Assembly (NCBI GenBank): GCA_001819495.1
Contig: MHMW01000028.1
Coordinates: forward strand, 69,398 to 133,397
DNA length: 64,000 bases
Reading direction: 5' to 3'
Source of the DNA: Candidatus Portnoybacteria bacterium RBG_19FT_COMBO_36_7
GTDB taxonomy: Bacteria > Patescibacteriota > Minisyncoccia > Portnoybacterales > GWB1-42-6
A model generated the notes under the pieces. The model was given only the letters and a program-made list of their open reading frames with translations, was not told the origin of the DNA and made no database searches. Below are positions 63,277 through 64,000 of this stretch, one piece after another (position 1 is the stretch's first letter; each line of letters starts with the position of its first letter). The position numbers were made by a program, and so were the translations under genes.

Positions 63277-63378
63277 AATTAAAACAAAGGAGTTGGCAAA
63301 GCCGACTCCTTTTTCTTTTTCCGGCGCTAAATTTTGGCGCGAAGATGAATTTGACGCTTGAGTTAAAAAGAGGGTAGG

Positions 63379-64000
63379 ATGAAGAAAAGCGGATTAAAAA
63401 AAACAATGGTCAGTAAAATAAAATTTGAGGGAAATTTAAAAGAGGCAGTTGAAAAAGCGGTTGGCCAGATCGGCGGATTTAGTTCTTTCATCAAAAGCGG
63501 GGATAAGGTTTTGCTCAAGCCCAATTTCAACACGGCCGATCCCTATCCGGCCTCAAGCGATCCGGAATTTTTAAAAACAGTTGCCCGGCTTGTCTATCAG
63601 GCCGGCGCCTCGGAAGTTTTCATCGGCGATTCCTGCACCATGGCCCTGAATACCTGCAGGGTGATGGAAAAATTGGGAATTTTTGATTTTCAAAAAGAGA
63701 TACAGCCCGCCCCAAAAATTCTGGTCTTTGAAAAAGGCAAGTGGTTGAAAAAGAAAATCGGCCAGAGCCAGTATTTAAAAAGCGCCAGCCTCCCTGAAAT
63801 TCTGGACAAAGTTGATAAATTAATTCTTCTGCCCTGCTTAAAGACCCATTTTTTGGCGCAGTTTACCGGCGCCCTCAAAATTTCGGTCGGCTTCATGAAA
63901 CCTCTTGAGAGGATAGGGCTGCATGCCAGCCACCTTAGCGAAAAAATCGCGGAATTGAATTTATTGATAAAGCCAGATCTTATCATCATGGACGCCAGAA
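63379..64000 (+). CDS. DUF362-family protein, partial (continues past the window end; not in the ORF track)
   Basis: ATG at 63379; KVLLKPNFNTADPYPASSDPEFLKTVARLV matches the DUF362 N-terminal signature; no stop before 64000. Confidence 0.6.
   Translation, partial: MKKSGLKKTMVSKIKFEGNLKEAVEKAVGQIGGFSSFIKSGDKVLLKPNFNTADPYPASSDPEFLKTVARLVYQAGASEVFIGDSCTMALNTCRVMEKLGIFDFQKEIQPAPKILVFEKGKWLKKKIGQSQYLKSASLPEILDKVDKLILLPCLKTHFLAQFTGALKISVGFMKPLERIGLHASHLSEKIAELNLLIKPDLIIMDAR

Overview
This is an AT-rich, gene-dense bacterial chromosomal segment with standard stop-codon usage (TAA, TAG and TGA all terminate genes). The gene content suggests a small-genome Patescibacteria (CPR)-like organism; this is an inference from content only.

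Recognisable housekeeping genes: ruvB, a GspE/PilB-type pilus ATPase, a DHH phosphoesterase, tsaE, polA, a two-component system with an ABC-type substrate-binding protein, holA, rpsT, uvrB, ruvA, a FemAB-family transferase with a Mur-ligase-family protein, archease with rtcB, a beta-CASP MBL RNase, prs, a bacterial Elp3 with an adjacent class-I methyltransferase, two NUDIX hydrolases, PolX, a stand-alone MGMT C-domain, the infC-rpmI-rplT operon, smpB with tmRNA, argS, ileS, and an ECF sigma/anti-sigma pair.

By reading the sequence I also found features absent from the ORF track: a tRNA-Arg(CCG), the tmRNA (ssrA) with its tag-peptide reading frame, rpmI, a 41-codon desulforedoxin-like ORF, a GIY-YIG gene interrupted by an in-frame TAG, a non-AUG (AUU) start for infC, and a partial DUF362 gene at the window end.

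Four things stand out.
(1) Six paralogous multi-TM/coiled-coil proteins lie in two tandem arrays (8963-12691 and 28531-30381). The first array sits directly upstream of an SBP / histidine-kinase / dual-REC signalling module, and their C-terminal coiled coil resembles the kinase's post-HAMP signalling helix.
(2) A family of five ~65-95-nt palindromic elements (core GTGAAAWTTCG...CGAAWTTCTAC) shows compensatory arm substitutions. Three copies end exactly at ATG start codons (paralog array, MBL RNase, argS).
(3) Heptamer-periodic mini-arrays (GTTNAAA and AATTNCC units, 3-9 copies) recur at about 11 sites. Some are intergenic, some lie next to short CCGCC/GGCGG hairpins, and several sit in-frame inside essential genes (uvrB, Elp3, argS, ileS, tsaE), producing KVQSSKFKV-like peptide insertions.
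(4) The pilus ATPase is a covalent tandem duplication of two complete GspE/PilB cores.
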